Shown here piece by piece: positions 50,226-64,000 of a DNA stretch of 64,000 bases. The translations under genes and the position numbers were made by a program. Source of the stretch: Marsupella aquatica (taxonomy: Eukaryota; Plantae; Marchantiophyta); contig OZ316894.1 in assembly GCA_973895155.1 (NCBI GenBank), forward strand, positions 9,904,279 through 9,968,278, given 5' to 3'. The notes beneath the pieces are model-generated. The model saw nothing but the letters and a program-made list of their open reading frames with translations, was not told where the DNA came from and did not search any database. Every line of letters begins with the position of its first letter. Positions within the stretch are counted from its first letter, which is position 1.

Positions 50226-53200
50226 AAGTCTTGTAAAAAAGATGCACTGCGTAATTTGTGGTGCAGGTTACCTCAGCATAATGGCCGTCTATATATTTGT
50301 GTTTCAGTCTCGTTGGAAGCTACCGCAGACGGTTTATAGCGAGCACAATATTACTCGTTGGTTTTAGTCAGTAGAAAGCACTTTGTCCGAGCAATGGAGA
50401 AGTGGCAGGCTTACAAGTTGATGCTTTTCTTAGTAGGAGATTGATTTAAAGTTTCGGTTCTTTCTTTACAAGGTCGAACGAGTTCCCTGCATGGATTGCA
50501 ATCTAAATGGATCCAGATTCTCCTTTTCTTTAGAAATTGTTGCAGGAGAGATCATATTCTTGGGGTAAAGGGACTTTTGCACGTGAGGTCTTTGGAGGCC
50601 CAACTTCAGAATGCTGATCTTGTGCCGTTCATTCCCTTAGTTTAGAGTTCTGTCCGTAGTTGGCTTATCTCTTGTGATCGCTTTTCTCTAACCCCTCTAT
50701 GACATCTGCTGCCATTTTCCTGTAATTCATGACGAAGCATTCTGATCAATACCAGAGATCCCTCATGATGCAAACTTGCCTGAACATGGTACACAATAGC
50801 TACATAATGAGCTGTCCCAAACGTTAGTTTGCATGGTGATTGCTCTTCTTAACACCAGATTGAATGTCAACCAGAGAGCCCATGGAGAGCTGATCCACAC
50901 AAACCTGAGCCCCGTTATCTAACGCTACACATGGAGGCAGAACAGGACATTGTGTAATAGCATGCAAGGTAAGAGCGGGTTCCAGAGGGTTCGATGAGGG
51001 ACTACACGATTTGCGATCGCATTGTTTGAGCCCTTGCAACCTCTCGCGAATTGAAAACTAGACCGAATGTATTCTCTTGTTAGGGTTCTGAAAAAGAGAA
51101 ACGGTGTTTACTCGCTATGCTTTTGAGATTCAAGTCCTCCCAACTACTTGTTGAGATATGAAGCCTCTCATCTTTTTTTTAAATCACTGGGATATCCTAA
51201 CCAATCATTTTCTTGGGTCACCTCTCCAAACCCAGAGTTGTCTTCTTTCCAAGCCCAATTATCCAAGATCAAGTTCATTGTCTTCAAGCTCCGATTCTTT
51301 GGTACCAAAATTTTCCCATTCAAAGTCGTTGTCTTCCAAGTTGGAAGGTCGCCCTGTACTAGTCTCTGGGTACTAGCAATGAAATCCAGAACTACAGGGT
51401 GAACAATGAATAATATCAAAAATTTGGAAATTAAGGGCTATCTGGCATGTGGATGCTCCTTTAAAAAATATTCTCGAATATATGAGTGTTGTTTCAGCTT
51501 ACTGGCTGTTCACATTCCTCACTGCTGACGAGAATTCAAGAAGATGGTGTGGGGTTGCGAAATTTGCATCCTCAGACTCTATACTTGCACACAGAGTGTC
51601 CCTGCTGATTTTATTGGGTCACAGCAGGGTCTTTTAACTGACTCTCGCCCAGGTAGTTTCTAAGTCCGACTACCATCAGGAATCTACTCTAATGCTATTG
51701 TCAATCCAAGAGGAGGATTTCTCGGAGACTCCTGACATTTGAGTTGTGGTCGAGTAATTCCTGGACAACCAAGTAAGCAGCACAAACTGAGCCCTAAAAG
51801 GAACGATGCGTTATCCGAATAAGGAGCATGCCCGTTTTCTAACTTGTATCTCAAACTATCTGTAGCAGTTCAGAATGATAGAGTTGGGTCCGTTCGGTCC
51901 TTTGCCTCTTGTATTGGGCTGTACAGTCAGACTAGTGTAAATAGTGCTCATCGTGGGCGGAGTAGTGTACTGAGTGCAAAGCAGGAATAGAGCGCAGGGC
52001 GTTACTGTGCGCAATTCTGCCTCTCTCCTCCCTTTCGAGGTCCTTTCCTGTTCCTCTCGTTTGGTCTGCCTTCTGCACTGCAACCACTGCACGAAGACAA
52101 GCAAGATACAGACAGCAGCAATTCCTGTCCTGCAATTACTGCAATCTTTCCAGAGAGGCGGACCTACTTTTTTCTTTGATCCTCGTCTCTAGTCCTGCTG
52201 CCCGCTCCGAACTCCAGAATCGCTCAACTGCGCAGGTCAGTCCTGTCTAGTCCAGTCCTGTCCTGTCCTGCCCAATTTCATAGGTGAATCCGTCTGCCCC
52301 GCTTTTCCTCCCTCCCTTTCTTTCCCTACCCCGCCGCGCCTGCATCCCTCCCTGCCTGCCTCTCTTCTTCTTGGCCATCGAATGACGCATCCCAAAATCA
52401 TCCTAGGCGAGTGCGGCGATTTTGTGGTTGCTTAACTAATAGTTAAGTCAACAAGGGAGGTAACTTACTTACGACGAATTGGAGCCATTTTCTTGCTCAT
52501 TTTCTCTGATTCAAATCTGGTTTCTTCACTGGGTGGGAGAACTTCGCCGCCTAATTGAGCTGTTGATCATCACCCCAGACGTGGCTCGCGGGCAAGGAAC
52601 TCCCGTCTGTGGAAAGAGTGTACTGCATGGGGAGATTGGGAGAGTGAAGTGCTCGTTTTTCAAGTTCATGCTTCTGTGGGTTTTCGTATGTTGGGGGAAG
52701 GTTTGAAGAGAGGTAGATAGTGTTGAAAGTAGGATTAGCAGTCCTCCTGTAGCTTCTGGAAAACGCTTGATTCAAGTCACGTATTGGACTGCTTTACACC
52801 TATTTCAGTCATTAATTGGTCCTCACCTTGCTCTGTACGCAGTTGCCGCTTGACGGGCCGTGAATTCCTCTTCTCTCCATCTATCCTACTGTTTGCCTGT
52901 GGAATTCAACGCCCCCTCGGAGGGTTAACGTAACTTGCAGAGTTCTTACAACATGTCCTGGCCGAAGGTCTGGTAGCATTTCCTTGTGAGCTCACCGTGG
53001 AGCATAAGATCATGGTGGAGCAGCCAAGCGAGCTGAGGGACAATTGATTCACGGCTGAAGCTTACTTTTGGGACTCTGGGTTTTATGGTTTCCACCTTGA
53101 GATTTACTGAGCGACATGTCGCATTGACTATGTTGAAGGCAAAGAGCGAGATGTCCAGCTGCTGCAGAGGATCACCAGTAAGAAGTTGAGCTGTGGTAAG

Positions 53201-54051
53201 AGAGACGTCCTCAATTTTCCAACCATGCCATGTACATTTTTTTTTATTTTCGTACCTTGTTTACTGCAAACCCTTGGGGCAATTTAGTTCCATGCGTGTT
53301 CCCCGTTCTCTTGTTCCTGTCCTGAAGCGAGATATTAGAAGATCACCACTCGTCTTCTAATCACCATGGTTATTTCTCAGCTGCTTGTACCTCAACCGGA
53401 AATTGGACAATCCATTTCGTCTTTCATTGCGATGAATTCAAGCATTCAGAGAAACAATTACGACTATATTTCTTTATTGCTTATGGTGATTCGGACCGTG
53501 ATTCCGTGGATGGAACCGCTGTGCCCATCACGCAGTTTTCATAGAGTTTGAGCGTAATGGGATCATATATAAAATGCATTGGTGAATGACATTAACTGTC
53601 CTCATGGACCTGAATTGGGCCATTGGTCCAGAAAGGAACATACCTGACCAACAGTAAGGGATGAACTGTGACCATGCAGCGAATACAGAAGATTCACTTT
53701 GAGGAAGTTCAATAAACTCAGTACATACTTTCATTATGCGGAAATAATATCCTACAGATTAAACTCAAAACGTTTGAGTTGCTGGTCTGTTTGTACGATC
53801 TGTTTGGGGCAATTCGGGTTGATCATCGTCACTGCGTCGTGTTTGTCAGTGCAACGTTGGCCGCACTGTTTTTCGGATAAGTGGCTGTTTTTCAGCCTGC
53901 ATGGGCAGGCAATCCGTTTGAGCGGCTAACATGGAGGGTTGTGAGCGGATACATCATGGTCGAGATTTAAGAGGTTTTGATTTTTCTTGTCCATGTGAAC
54001 TGTTGAAGATCGCATACTATGTCTACTGCAGGTAGCGTGCCAGAATAGGAA

Positions 54052-57000
54052 ATGAGGAGAGTTAATTTAATCGCCGGTATTTGTCTCGCAATTTTATCTC
54101 AAGCCGGCATCAGCTATGCCGCCAATTACTGCTCATGGGAGACAACTACAAATTCGAAGAGATACAGTTTTGATCTTCTACAGTCAAGTGGACATCTACA
54201 CGGTGCTCGAAGTGAAGATGGGTAATGACTTATCAACCCTTTTCTAGATATTGAGTTGGAATAGCGGAGTCAGGAAATTGTCAAATTGAGCTCAAGAGAC
54301 GAGGCTGGAAAACTTGAAGAGGGGATATTGCAATGGTTTTACGGAGCTTACTGTAAAACAGTGACAAGGATTGGAATCCAATCTGCGTTGAAATCACCCA
54401 GAAGGAATACTGTCCTATTGATTCTGGTAGTCAAATTATTTCACAATGTATAGCAAGAACAGTGGCCCAATTAACAATTTTAGACATAATGTGTATATGC
54501 TTTGATTAATGTTAAGGGGTTGAGTATTTATTTTCTTAGCTCATTATGTACGGGTCACTCAATCCAGAGGGTCCACCGGTGACGTTTGCACAATATGGCT
54601 CACATTTTCACGAATGGTCTCCGTCGTTATTCCTTGACTTTTCATACAACGCGTCTCTCCAAAAAATTATGGTCACGAGTTTTCACTACCAGATCTGTGG
54701 AAAACTAACTGCAGCTTTTCGTTTTGTTCCGTTCCTCTAAGCTATGAAGCCGTCAGTCGTATTAAACAGGTTAAGAAAGACCGTAGAACCCTCTGTTTTT
54801 TCTATCTATGTGGACTGGATTCAACACTATTGGAAAATTAGGTCAATTTCTCCATCCGTTTTGTTGTTCCAATGACATTTTTCCATCGGTTATGTTGTTG
54901 AAGTCATTCAATGCTCTTCGCGCCGTTGTTTCAAAAACTTTAGTCTTGTGGGAGTTGCAATCTGGAAGTACATGAAATAGGGCATAATGAAATGGGTGAC
55001 AGCGAATCATTTATTGCACCGTCCACAGGGACCCAACCGGAGCATGGGGATGGTCATGAGCTTGTGAAATCGTCCGTTGACACCAATGCTCACTCTGTGA
55101 TTCAGGTTCTATTCAGTCGTAGACAAGAGTGGTGGAACTGAAAAAACTTACTGGTTCCAGGTGACTTTCCTTTCTTTCTGGAAGTGATACCTGAGTGAGC
55201 AATGTTTGTTTACACTGGGCATTTCTTGGTCTTTCATGCCCTTTCCTATTTTTGTGTTATCTGTACGGTTTACAAGCCCTAGAAATGGCTTTTTGCAGAT
55301 CTGCAATAATCCTTATTTTACGTACAATGGTACGGATTCCTCGCTTTAAGGTTCCTTACGCGTGGGGCTTTTGCATTTTTTTGTGAACAGCTGTGTGATC
55401 ACATGCAATTCAACTATAATGCCCCCCGATGTGATCAGTGTGAGGTAATTGTACTTGACATTATGGAGTTCTCTATTCGTCAGGATGCTGGGCATTTTCG
55501 GCTGGTTAGTGGGTTGGCTGTTCTATGTGAGCATGATGCTAGCGTACCGCAGTCAAGTAACTCTACTTCTGTGCTTTTGTATGCAGTCGTGTGGCGGGCC
55601 TTTGCACTGTGGAGAAACTTGCTCTGCACTCCAATCCACAATGGATGGCGGTACGGCCTTTTCACTCAACATCCTCTGGTTCAGCAGTGTCATGTGCCGT
55701 GGATCTATCATGCGACCACTTCCTGTAATGACAGTCCAGACCAGAAAATGTCTAGCAATAGCGGAGAATTACTGGCTTTCCTGCGTTGTGATCTCCCACC
55801 GTCCTGAAATAGTTGTCCCATATTACTAACAGTAATTCGTTTACAGTCTATGAGGTAACTTTCCATCGTATAGAGCTCGTGTGAAGTTGTCACGTTACCT
55901 ACTTGCAAATGACACTGAAGAGTATTGTACATCAGGTTTTCGTTTGTCGTTTTAAATCCTCTCAAATAGTTTACTTTTTGAGGTGTAATTTATTTCAAAA
56001 GTGGGACAACTGATCTGACTTTTTTTTGTTTTCCTGTTTCCAAATTGTGAACGTTGAGTTGATGTGCTTTTGTGAATACAGGATATGCGCATTGTACCAC
56101 CCTTGGAGCGACCTCTAACCATTCTTATTCATTGATAGGTGTGTTGAGCTTTTTTTGGACAATGGTGCAATGTGATATGAGTTGTTTCTATATGATGAGA
56201 CCTTCGGACGCTGCATCGGTGTCGCCCTGTGGTTGTTGAGTTGGTGACTATACTGTACGTTGTATTGTGGTCATTGGATGCACCTGGTGCCCGTGTATCC
56301 TGAGCGCATGATACGATGACGTATTTGTGATTGTCTTCAACAGATTCTGCCAGACCTGAAACAGGTGTGGTGGTCAGAATGACTGCCACTAGTCTGGGAA
56401 AGAGTTGCTCATTTTCCGTCTCAATATATTGCAGCGCAAAGAGTGAAGAGGTGCGTAGCGTAATGCTTACATGTATAAGTATTCTAATCGAATGGTAAAA
56501 CTAAAGGATACAGTGGTAATTGTTGTGTTGTGTTGTGTTGAGAATCACGTTGTCTTGTTGACGCTGTATTTATATTGCCAAAGCCAATCTAGCTGTAAGG
56601 TCTAATGAGACTAATGAATATTTGCTTGGTTGCAGTTGGCGAAGACCGTTACACAGGTTGGGGGAGGGAGCTGTGACTATGTGAGTTAGCTTTCCTGCTC
56701 TTTGTTGCATGGGAGGAAAACGAGATCAATAGAAGGTCCTGTCGAGCAATGGAATGTCAACTTCCTCACGCGAATGATTTCTTGGAATCCAGAACGGGGG
56801 CTTGCAGTACTCATAGCGTTTACTTGTGTAGGAAACAAGTTTCTATCACTCAGCTGGCTGCCCCATTGTGACAAATCTGAGCAGGGGTGGAATGGGTTGG
56901 TTCGCTACAATTGTGATCGTGTAAGTGACACCCCTATTGGAAAACTTTTAGCTGCCACTAGCAGGTCATTGCGTGTGATACTTCAGCTCCTGGGTAGGTG

Positions 57001-57631
57001 CGGTAGTTGAAGCTACTTCTTGACTCTAGTACCGGCATACAATTGATGTTGTTACTCTGTGTATTCACAGGCTACTTTGTCTGTTCGTGTTGTACGTTGC
57101 TGTTGGTATTGGCTACCGCGTGAGTGTCCTTGGTGTGAGCGGCTTGGAGGTAAGTGAAAATTACTGAGTATTGTACTGAGAGACTTTCAAGTTAAAGAGA
57201 ATTATGATTTCTGTGATTGTCTTGCATTGGGGTTATCGCAAAAATCTATCGTTGCATCGTCTGCTATGGAGACTTGGGTTTCATTTGTTATTGACATGCG
57301 ATGCAGGCTATCCCAAATCTTGACTTCTGGAAAACTCTGCCATACACCATCAAGGTTCGTATAGATTGCGACCCAAAAACGTTTTTCGTTTGTTTTTCTC
57401 TCCTGTAATACAGCTCGAGACGCTTACATTTACTTGCTTGCCTTTGACCGTTCATTGATATTGAAGGCTTTTCTCTGCGGCAGGAGGCAATTATGCATAC
57501 CTGTTATTAACATTGCCTTAATGCTGAATTTTGATTGCACTGTTCAGCACTTCCTCGAGGCTGCATATTCTTTCATCTTGGGTTGTTATCGACAATTCAC
57601 TGAACCAACTTACACTCGTGTGAGTGGTTAG
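54052..57631 (+). CDS. ATG27 / mannose-6-phosphate-receptor-domain type I membrane protein, ~283 aa
   Basis: Eleven coding exons (54052-54221, 55106-55160, 55391-55444, 55587-55650, 56082-56138, 56344-56450, 56636-56680, 56832-56920, 57071-57149, 57307-57354, 57548-57631) join in frame. Signal peptide, HGARSEDGFY, WFQLCDHMQFN, CGGPLHCG, TM helix, IPNLDFW and C-terminal YTRV (YxxPhi sorting-type motif). Likely non-coding exons at ~52020-52235 and ~52843-53196. Confidence 0.85.
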
Positions 57632-58879
57632 CAACAATCACTGGATGGCCAACTAGAATTCTTGCAAGCTGAGTTACTCTTGTGGTAGTTGACAAATTAG
57701 TGAAGCCATGTTCATAAATACCCAAAATTTTGTTAGATCAGCTTCCCTGGAATGCCAAGTAAAGAGACTCAAAGTCGACGGACTGCAAGCTCACACCTTC
57801 CATTTGCAGTGTTTTGCAACAAAGGCACTTCATTGTCCTGATATGAATTTCCCATTTGCTTCAAGGTTTCATGAAGCAGTCAAGTAGTAACATGATCTTA
57901 CAGGTTTTCCACAGCTGTCATGTCGTAAATCTGGCATTAGCATCCACCTGTTCATGCGTGTCTTTATGTCAAAGTCTGTAAGCGTCATATGTCAAGGTCT
58001 ATTGAGAGTATTGTATGTGAATGACTATTTAGGCTATTTAGCAGTACACAGTTATCTTCATTGATAAATCACGTCCTTGCCCATTTTCTTACAACTCGTT
58101 GGTCTCTTCAAAATGGCCTGGCGCTGAAATTGTTTCCCTACCACACTTCCCTGTTCATCTTGCCTCACCTGCCTGCCGGGTCTGCCCTGCAACTGCTTAC
58201 AATGAAAACACAAAAAAACAAAAGAGAAAATAATTAATGAGGATAAAATTCTCCCTCTTATCATGTGACTGTGCCGTCACTCCTCTGGCATCCCTGCACC
58301 CTCACCCATGCCCTCCCAACAACAACACTTTCACAATGCTAAAAACATTGACCAAAATGATTGTTCAAGATTGTTCAACATGGCCTAACATTAGTATTTA
58401 ACTACCTTATGCATTATCTCTTCATAACTTAATACCAATGCGTTGCACAAGAAGATGTGGATGTGTCAAGAAGATGTGGATGTGTAAAAGATGTCAAGGC
58501 GGGAAATGTTGTTGCATAAAAGGTCTCATTGTGCAAAAATGTCCATGCGAAAAATATGTCAAGATGTAAAAATGTCTTTGAGGTAGTCATTGAGGAAAAG
58601 AAGAGTCACACAGGCAAGTGAGCTTTTGAGTCCTATATCCAAGCATTGCACAATTATCATTTCTTTGCTTGTGGTCAGGTTGTCATTGCAGTTGTGTCCA
58701 AGGTTTTGAAAGTCAATTTGTCATTTCAATTGGGCTGTCACTGCGGCCATGTGATTGTTGCGGAGGTGTTGTTGTCCTAGTCGTGTCATATATGTAGTCA
58801 TCATATGATTGAAGAAGTGTCCTTGGGTGCATGGTTGTTGGTGTGGCAATGTTGTCATTTTAGTTGATGTTATTGCAAA

Positions 58880-60500
58880 AGAGTCGCGGAACTCGACTAC
58901 CTTAACACTTAGCTCCGGCGTCGCTGACTCCGACGCCGAGCTCCCTTATGGTCAAGCCCGGATAGGCCATCCGGGGAGGACTTAGCATGGGGAGACTTGT
59001 GGGCAATGAGACGTGGCACTGGCGAGGCAAGGGGCCAAGCTGGGGACACAAACTAAGGACTTGGACTAGCCTATGGCTGGTCGGGTCAAGGGGAAATGGG
59101 TCGGGCTCAAAGATGGTCGTCCGGACCGTCAGATGGACTTTGAGTTCTGAGGGCTTGGGAGTGAGCTCCTCTCGGGCCCAAGGCCAATGGAGTTGACGCC
59201 ATTGGCAATGGACGCTTGGGGCGCAAGTTGTGGCCCGATCCGGGTTGGGCCGGTCGGGGGCCCCGAGCGATGATCAGACCTGAGGGCCTAGGCATGAGCA
59301 CTGGGTCGGCCCGGTCACAACGGGCTAAGGCACTCCGCTTGTGGATGCCTATCAAGAAAGTTATGGGCGTTGCCAATTGGTGGCGCGCCCATTATGCGCA
59401 ATGGGATCCGGGTTGGGGGTCAAATGTTTAGGGACCAAAGCTGGTCCGGGGGTGACAGGTCTCCAGAAGCATATATGAGGGGAGTGGTGTCTCCCTGGGG
59501 GCTAAGGCCGAGCCGAAGTCGTGAGCTGCGGTGGTCGCGACACTAAGAGAAACCGTCAAACAGAAATGGCGATATCTTCCCAACGGGAAGTCCGTTGGAG
59601 GACTTCTTGGGTGCGTTAGAAAGCTCTTGAGGAGGGCGTAGCTCAGATGGGTCCGAGGGTGCCATGGGTTCTTGTGGTTTGCGGGTGTTAGCTCGCCCGC
59701 TTGCCAAATCCTGCCGAACAGCAGCCAAGCCGCGTTCAGCCTCCCAAGGGAGCTTGCGTTGGGGAGGCAAGGCCAAGTAGGTAAGGAGGCTGAGTCCCAA
59801 GGGCGCTCGGTCCCTAGACCATCAGTGGGGCGAACCGAGAGCGGTTGTTAAAATCGGGGCCGTTCTGGTCCCTGCGTGTTGAGACAAGCTTGGGACAAGC
59901 TTTAGGACAAGCTATGCTATTTGGGCCATGAGCATGTCCTGAGGTCAGGGCGGTCAGTTGGTGATGGATAGGTACGAGGGGGAACCCGGGCCACGCCCAA
60001 GGAAGGAGCTGTCCTGGACGGACAGTGGGCGTGGGTTCTGGTTCCGGCTTATGGCATCGGGAGGACCTATCGCTGACCTATTTACCAACGTCTGTTGAGC
60101 TTGAGTTAGGATGCTAGACTTGGGGGGAGTTCTAGATCCGGAGGGGGTACTTATCGAGGTGTTTGGTTGCTTGTGCAGACAGTGAGGATCGTTGAGTAGC
60201 GGTCGTGTAGGCGAGCAAGCGCGGCGTCGTATGGGAGGGGCCGTTGGTGGTGCAAGAGGCACTTGGGTGCTTGCTCGAGGTATTCCGTGGAGGCGTTCGG
60301 GCACCAAGGGCACTTAGGCGCAAGTGCTGGGATTGGTGAGGACGCTGGGTGGCGAGGTCCACCACTAACAGTGATGTTGTTGGGGAGCACAAGCACGCGG
60401 AGGGCAAGGGATGCAAGAAGGGTAAGAGCATATGAGGCATTGTGGGGACCAGGTGGAGTTGCCTGATGCTATATCGAGGGAGAACGTTTTCACTTCTCTT
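58880..60500. repeat. GC-rich, probably retroelement-derived segment of unassigned family
   Basis: Abrupt compositional shift to GC-rich sequence with no credible ORF and no clear termini or TSD. Confidence 0.35.
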
Positions 60501-62151
60501 GCCTCCCTGTTTTCCCCCTCCCTCTTTTTCCTGCCTCCAACACCACTAAAAAAGAGAAACGAATTGGTAAGAAATGACAAAAGTAAACTCCAAAAAATGA
60601 AAATTCTCTTCTCATGAGCAAAAAGCCAAAACCTTTTTCATGTCAATCTACTTCCCCCTTACTAGCCTCATGCCATATAGCTCCATCTCAGGTCAATCTA
60701 TTTCTCCTTTAATGCTCCTTGCCAAAAAGTACTCCATGCAGTGGCCACAGCACAATCATGTACTCTAGCACAGATACAATATCTTGTATCCTACTGGTAA
60801 AAAGCAGTGTTGGGTACCTACTTGAGTCAATGCAAGAGTCAAGTAACTTTGGACAACACTTGAGGACAGAGTATTGTTCGCTCAATTTTATAAAGAGACA
60901 GCGAGGGATTTGGGGATTTGGCAGGATCCCTTATTATATTGGAAGATGGAGATGACTGACTTATATTCTTTGACTAAGTTGCACACACAATGTCACAATG
61001 AACATTACAGCACTCATGACAGCAAGGGACACCATGGCCACAGTCAGCAAACACATGGATGACACACCAATATGGCCACAATGACTGCATGATGTCAACC
61101 ACAATGGGTATTTGGGCTATAATACCCATTATAGCCCAAATGCATAATGGGTATTATACTTATGCAACGATTTCTTCCTTTCAACATCTTTAGTGCCCTT
61201 GATCTCAAATTCATCCTTCCCATCACAACAGTCAACTCATGGCTTTTCACCATCCATCCAACCCTCCAATAAATATTTTTATTATACTTGACGAAAGACA
61301 ATGATAATTTTGATACAAATGTTGGTGTTTGTTTGCAGGTAAGATGATTGTGTACCCATATATATGCAAGTTGAAAATTTGGTCACTACCTTTAGTATCT
61401 TTAGAATTTGAGTAGGACAGTTTTCACCCAAGTAACCAATGCCTGGTCAGGGCTAAAACTCATAATATTACTTTGCATGCAGCATTTGTTATATTTACTT
61501 CTTCAAGTATGTCTGATATTCCATCTCCATTTTGAAGGTCCAAGTTTTTCAGCAAGTGCCTTATGCATATAGCAAATTTTTCAAGTTCTTGCTACTGAGG
61601 CATCTACCATGCCTTTAACATTCACGTACTTTCATTCACGTACTCAATGTAATATTGTTGCTTGATCTAGAAGTTAACTTGATCTGGAAGCAAAAGTAAC
61701 ACTATTTGTCCTCGGTTTTCAAAATATTTTTTTGTTTTGTTTAAATATCTTGTATAACATCTAACCCTAGGGCATCTGTAGGTGTTGGAGAGCATTGTGG
61801 TCGTGGAAGGCTAGAGCATCTATTAGGGATGTGAGGGCTCTGCAATATTTTGTCACACAATTGTTTATGAAGGTTTTGTTTAACATCCAACAGTAGAGCA
61901 TTTCAAGGTGTGGAGAGCTCTCTAGTTGTAATGGGCTAAAGCACCTATTGGGGATCTGAGGGCTACACAAGAACACCAAGGGCTACTCAACATTTCCCCA
62001 CACAATTCCGTGTAGCATTAAGTAGTGGAGTGCTGCACAAAGCAACTTTCTCTCATACTATTCTAGGTAGCACTTTCTATGAGTAATATTCTTTGGCATG
62101 ATTCTATGCAGAAAGTGTGCAATTCTTTGTCGGTAGCACGTATAGCAATAA

Positions 62152-62308
62152 GAGGGATTTGCTTGATCAGACCCCAAAATGAAATGTGTTGCTTGATAGG
62201 ACCCCTGAGTGATCCAGACCATTGATTGACCTTGAATCAATGTACCCAAAACTTCAGGGGTCTGATCAATAACGCAATTCATTTTGGGGTCTGATCAAGC
62301 AAATCCTC
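62152..62308. mobile_element. MITE-like hairpin element (~157 bp)
   Basis: GGATTTGCTTGATCAGACCCCAAAATGAA at 62155-62183 is an exact inverted match to ~62278-62306, with further internal pairing. TSD is ambiguous. Confidence 0.75.
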
Positions 62309-62589
62309 ATAGCCTTACAAGTTTACTGATTGCAAAGAAAATCACATTATTCTATCTTTGAAGTCTTTTTTGTGTCAGCTCACATTGAACTACATTGTGC
62401 TCATCAATTTTGGCAGAGCTACAGTAGTGAGGATAATCTGGCATGCAGTCAATTTCTACTCAATTTTTTCCAAGCAGAGATTGATTACACATAGAAGGTG
62501 GAAATTTGATTACATGTATTACTTAGATTTGTCAATTTCTACTCTGTCAGAGTTCTCCAAGCAAAGATTGATTACACTTACTGATCCAA

Positions 62590-62845
62590 TGAACTTTGCA
62601 GTAGCAAGAGCAACAACTACCCCGTTGAATTTTAATACCAGCCGAGGTAGCAATAATAATCCAAGCTAGCAACTTGAACTTCACAGCAGCCAGGTGCAAC
62701 TGGTCAGCACCGCAATAGCAACTCAAGTTCAGCAGCACAATAGCAACAGCAATCAACTTGGCAGTAGGACTACAAAGATTGATTGAGCAGCTGCAGTAGC
62801 AACCAGGCAACAGCAATCCACTTCTAGCAGCAGCAACATTAGCCT
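62590..62845. repeat. Low-complexity CAG/CAA-rich tract
   Basis: Recurrent AGCAAC/AGCAGC/CAATAGC motifs interrupted by stop codons. Confidence 0.6.
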
Positions 62846-64000
62846 GAATGAGAGTGACGACTGAATACCCTAACACGAGCCGTAACAAAAGAGCCTGTGA
62901 TGAGAGGCCTGGTTGCCAAGAACACCTGAAATCCTTTCATTCTGGCGCAGCTTGATACAAGTAGAAAAACACATGAATTAGTGTTACATAATTTAACTAT
63001 TTGGCGCACATGGAAATAGTATTTGCTCAGAATTAGTGTGACTAACACCAATTCAGGAGTAAACCCTGAAAATGGGTGCTCTCAATTAGTGTTAGTCACA
63101 CTACTTACAGTGAACAGTTTAACTCTTTTTTAGCAGCCTAGACTGTGCACTATTTGAGTGTCTTATTTATTTCTAGAAGTTACCACAAAATTTGCAAAAC
63201 TGAAACAAACACACAACTGCCAAATAAAAAAACATAAAGCAAAACCCATAATTGCTAGTTGGTGATTAGAAAGGAAAGAACATACACTACTGCCAATATT
63301 CTTAATACCAATGCAAACAGAAGAAGTTTGGATAGGTTCTACTTTCACTATATAATGGAGTTCATTATTTTTTACACCCTTATTTGAATGTTCCCTACTA
63401 TATGTGTGGTCTTTTGTATAAGGTGGAGACATTATCATCCACTTTCTGTCTTCATTGTCTCCAATGGATGGTTGTTGCACTCCAGAGTACTTTTCACTAT
63501 GTTACGCAGGGCCGAGGCTGTTGGTTATAGGGCCTCTAGACATATTCCTTTTTGTAACCACTCGTGTAACCCTTCTGTGCAAGACACTCCTGAGATGCAC
63601 CAGACTTTCCAGTTTGTTGCTGATCAAGTAGGGCTTTAGTTCTTTTGTCATTGTAGGAGACTCGGGGAGCATGAGATGAAAAATGGGCGTGGTTACACAT
63701 CACTAGGTAGACCGAGGGAAACCTTTTTCCTCCTCCCCCTTTTTTCCCTCTTGTGTACCCTCCCCTAACCTTGTCTCCCTCCCCTTCCTCTCCCCCTGCT
63801 CTTCCTCCCTGCCTCCCCCCTCCCCCCCCCCCCCCCCCCCCCCCCCGCACTCCCTCCGTCCCGCGCCTGCTGCCCCTGGCCAGCCCTCCCTTACTGTGCC
63901 AACTAATACTCTTCTTCCTTGATGAAGGCTAATGTCAATACATGGGTCCATTGGAGCTCTATTTTCTTGCTGAGTGCCATTACACAACGATACAAATAGG

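Noticed and set aside
63536-63987. Gly-rich minus-strand ORFs
   Set aside because: Artefacts of a poly-C / CT-rich low-complexity tract.

Overview
Eukaryotic nuclear DNA from a land plant. Intron-rich genes with GT-AG junctions and long CT-rich 5' leaders suggest a bryophyte such as a liverwort, but this is inference. Exons assembled by hand give these genes: (1) a LINE-type retrocopy pseudogene of spliceosomal SmE with an A-rich tail and a 16-bp target-site duplication (TSD); (2) a divergent inverted pair of SURNod19 genes, one intact and one frameshifted; (3) a ~1474-aa protein with ~20-23 IQ motifs at an unusual 35-aa pitch and a C-terminal hydrophobic anchor; (4) a TMEM144-like transporter; (5) RPB10, which the ORF track captures only in part; (6) NDUFA8; (7) a double zinc-ribbon protein; (8) chloroplast DEAD-box helicase RH39; (9) an ATG27/mannose-6-phosphate-receptor-like protein. 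Intergenic DNA holds two solo LTRs of one family (5-bp TSDs), a non-autonomous MULE (9-bp TSD), a MITE, a tandem array of tRNA-derived SINE-like units and several minisatellites. The best leads are the putatively tail-anchored 35-aa-pitch IQ array and a PHM/DBH-like copper-ligand pattern in SURNod19. No CRISPR array, rRNA or intact tRNA gene is supported. All family assignments are by recognition; no database search was run.
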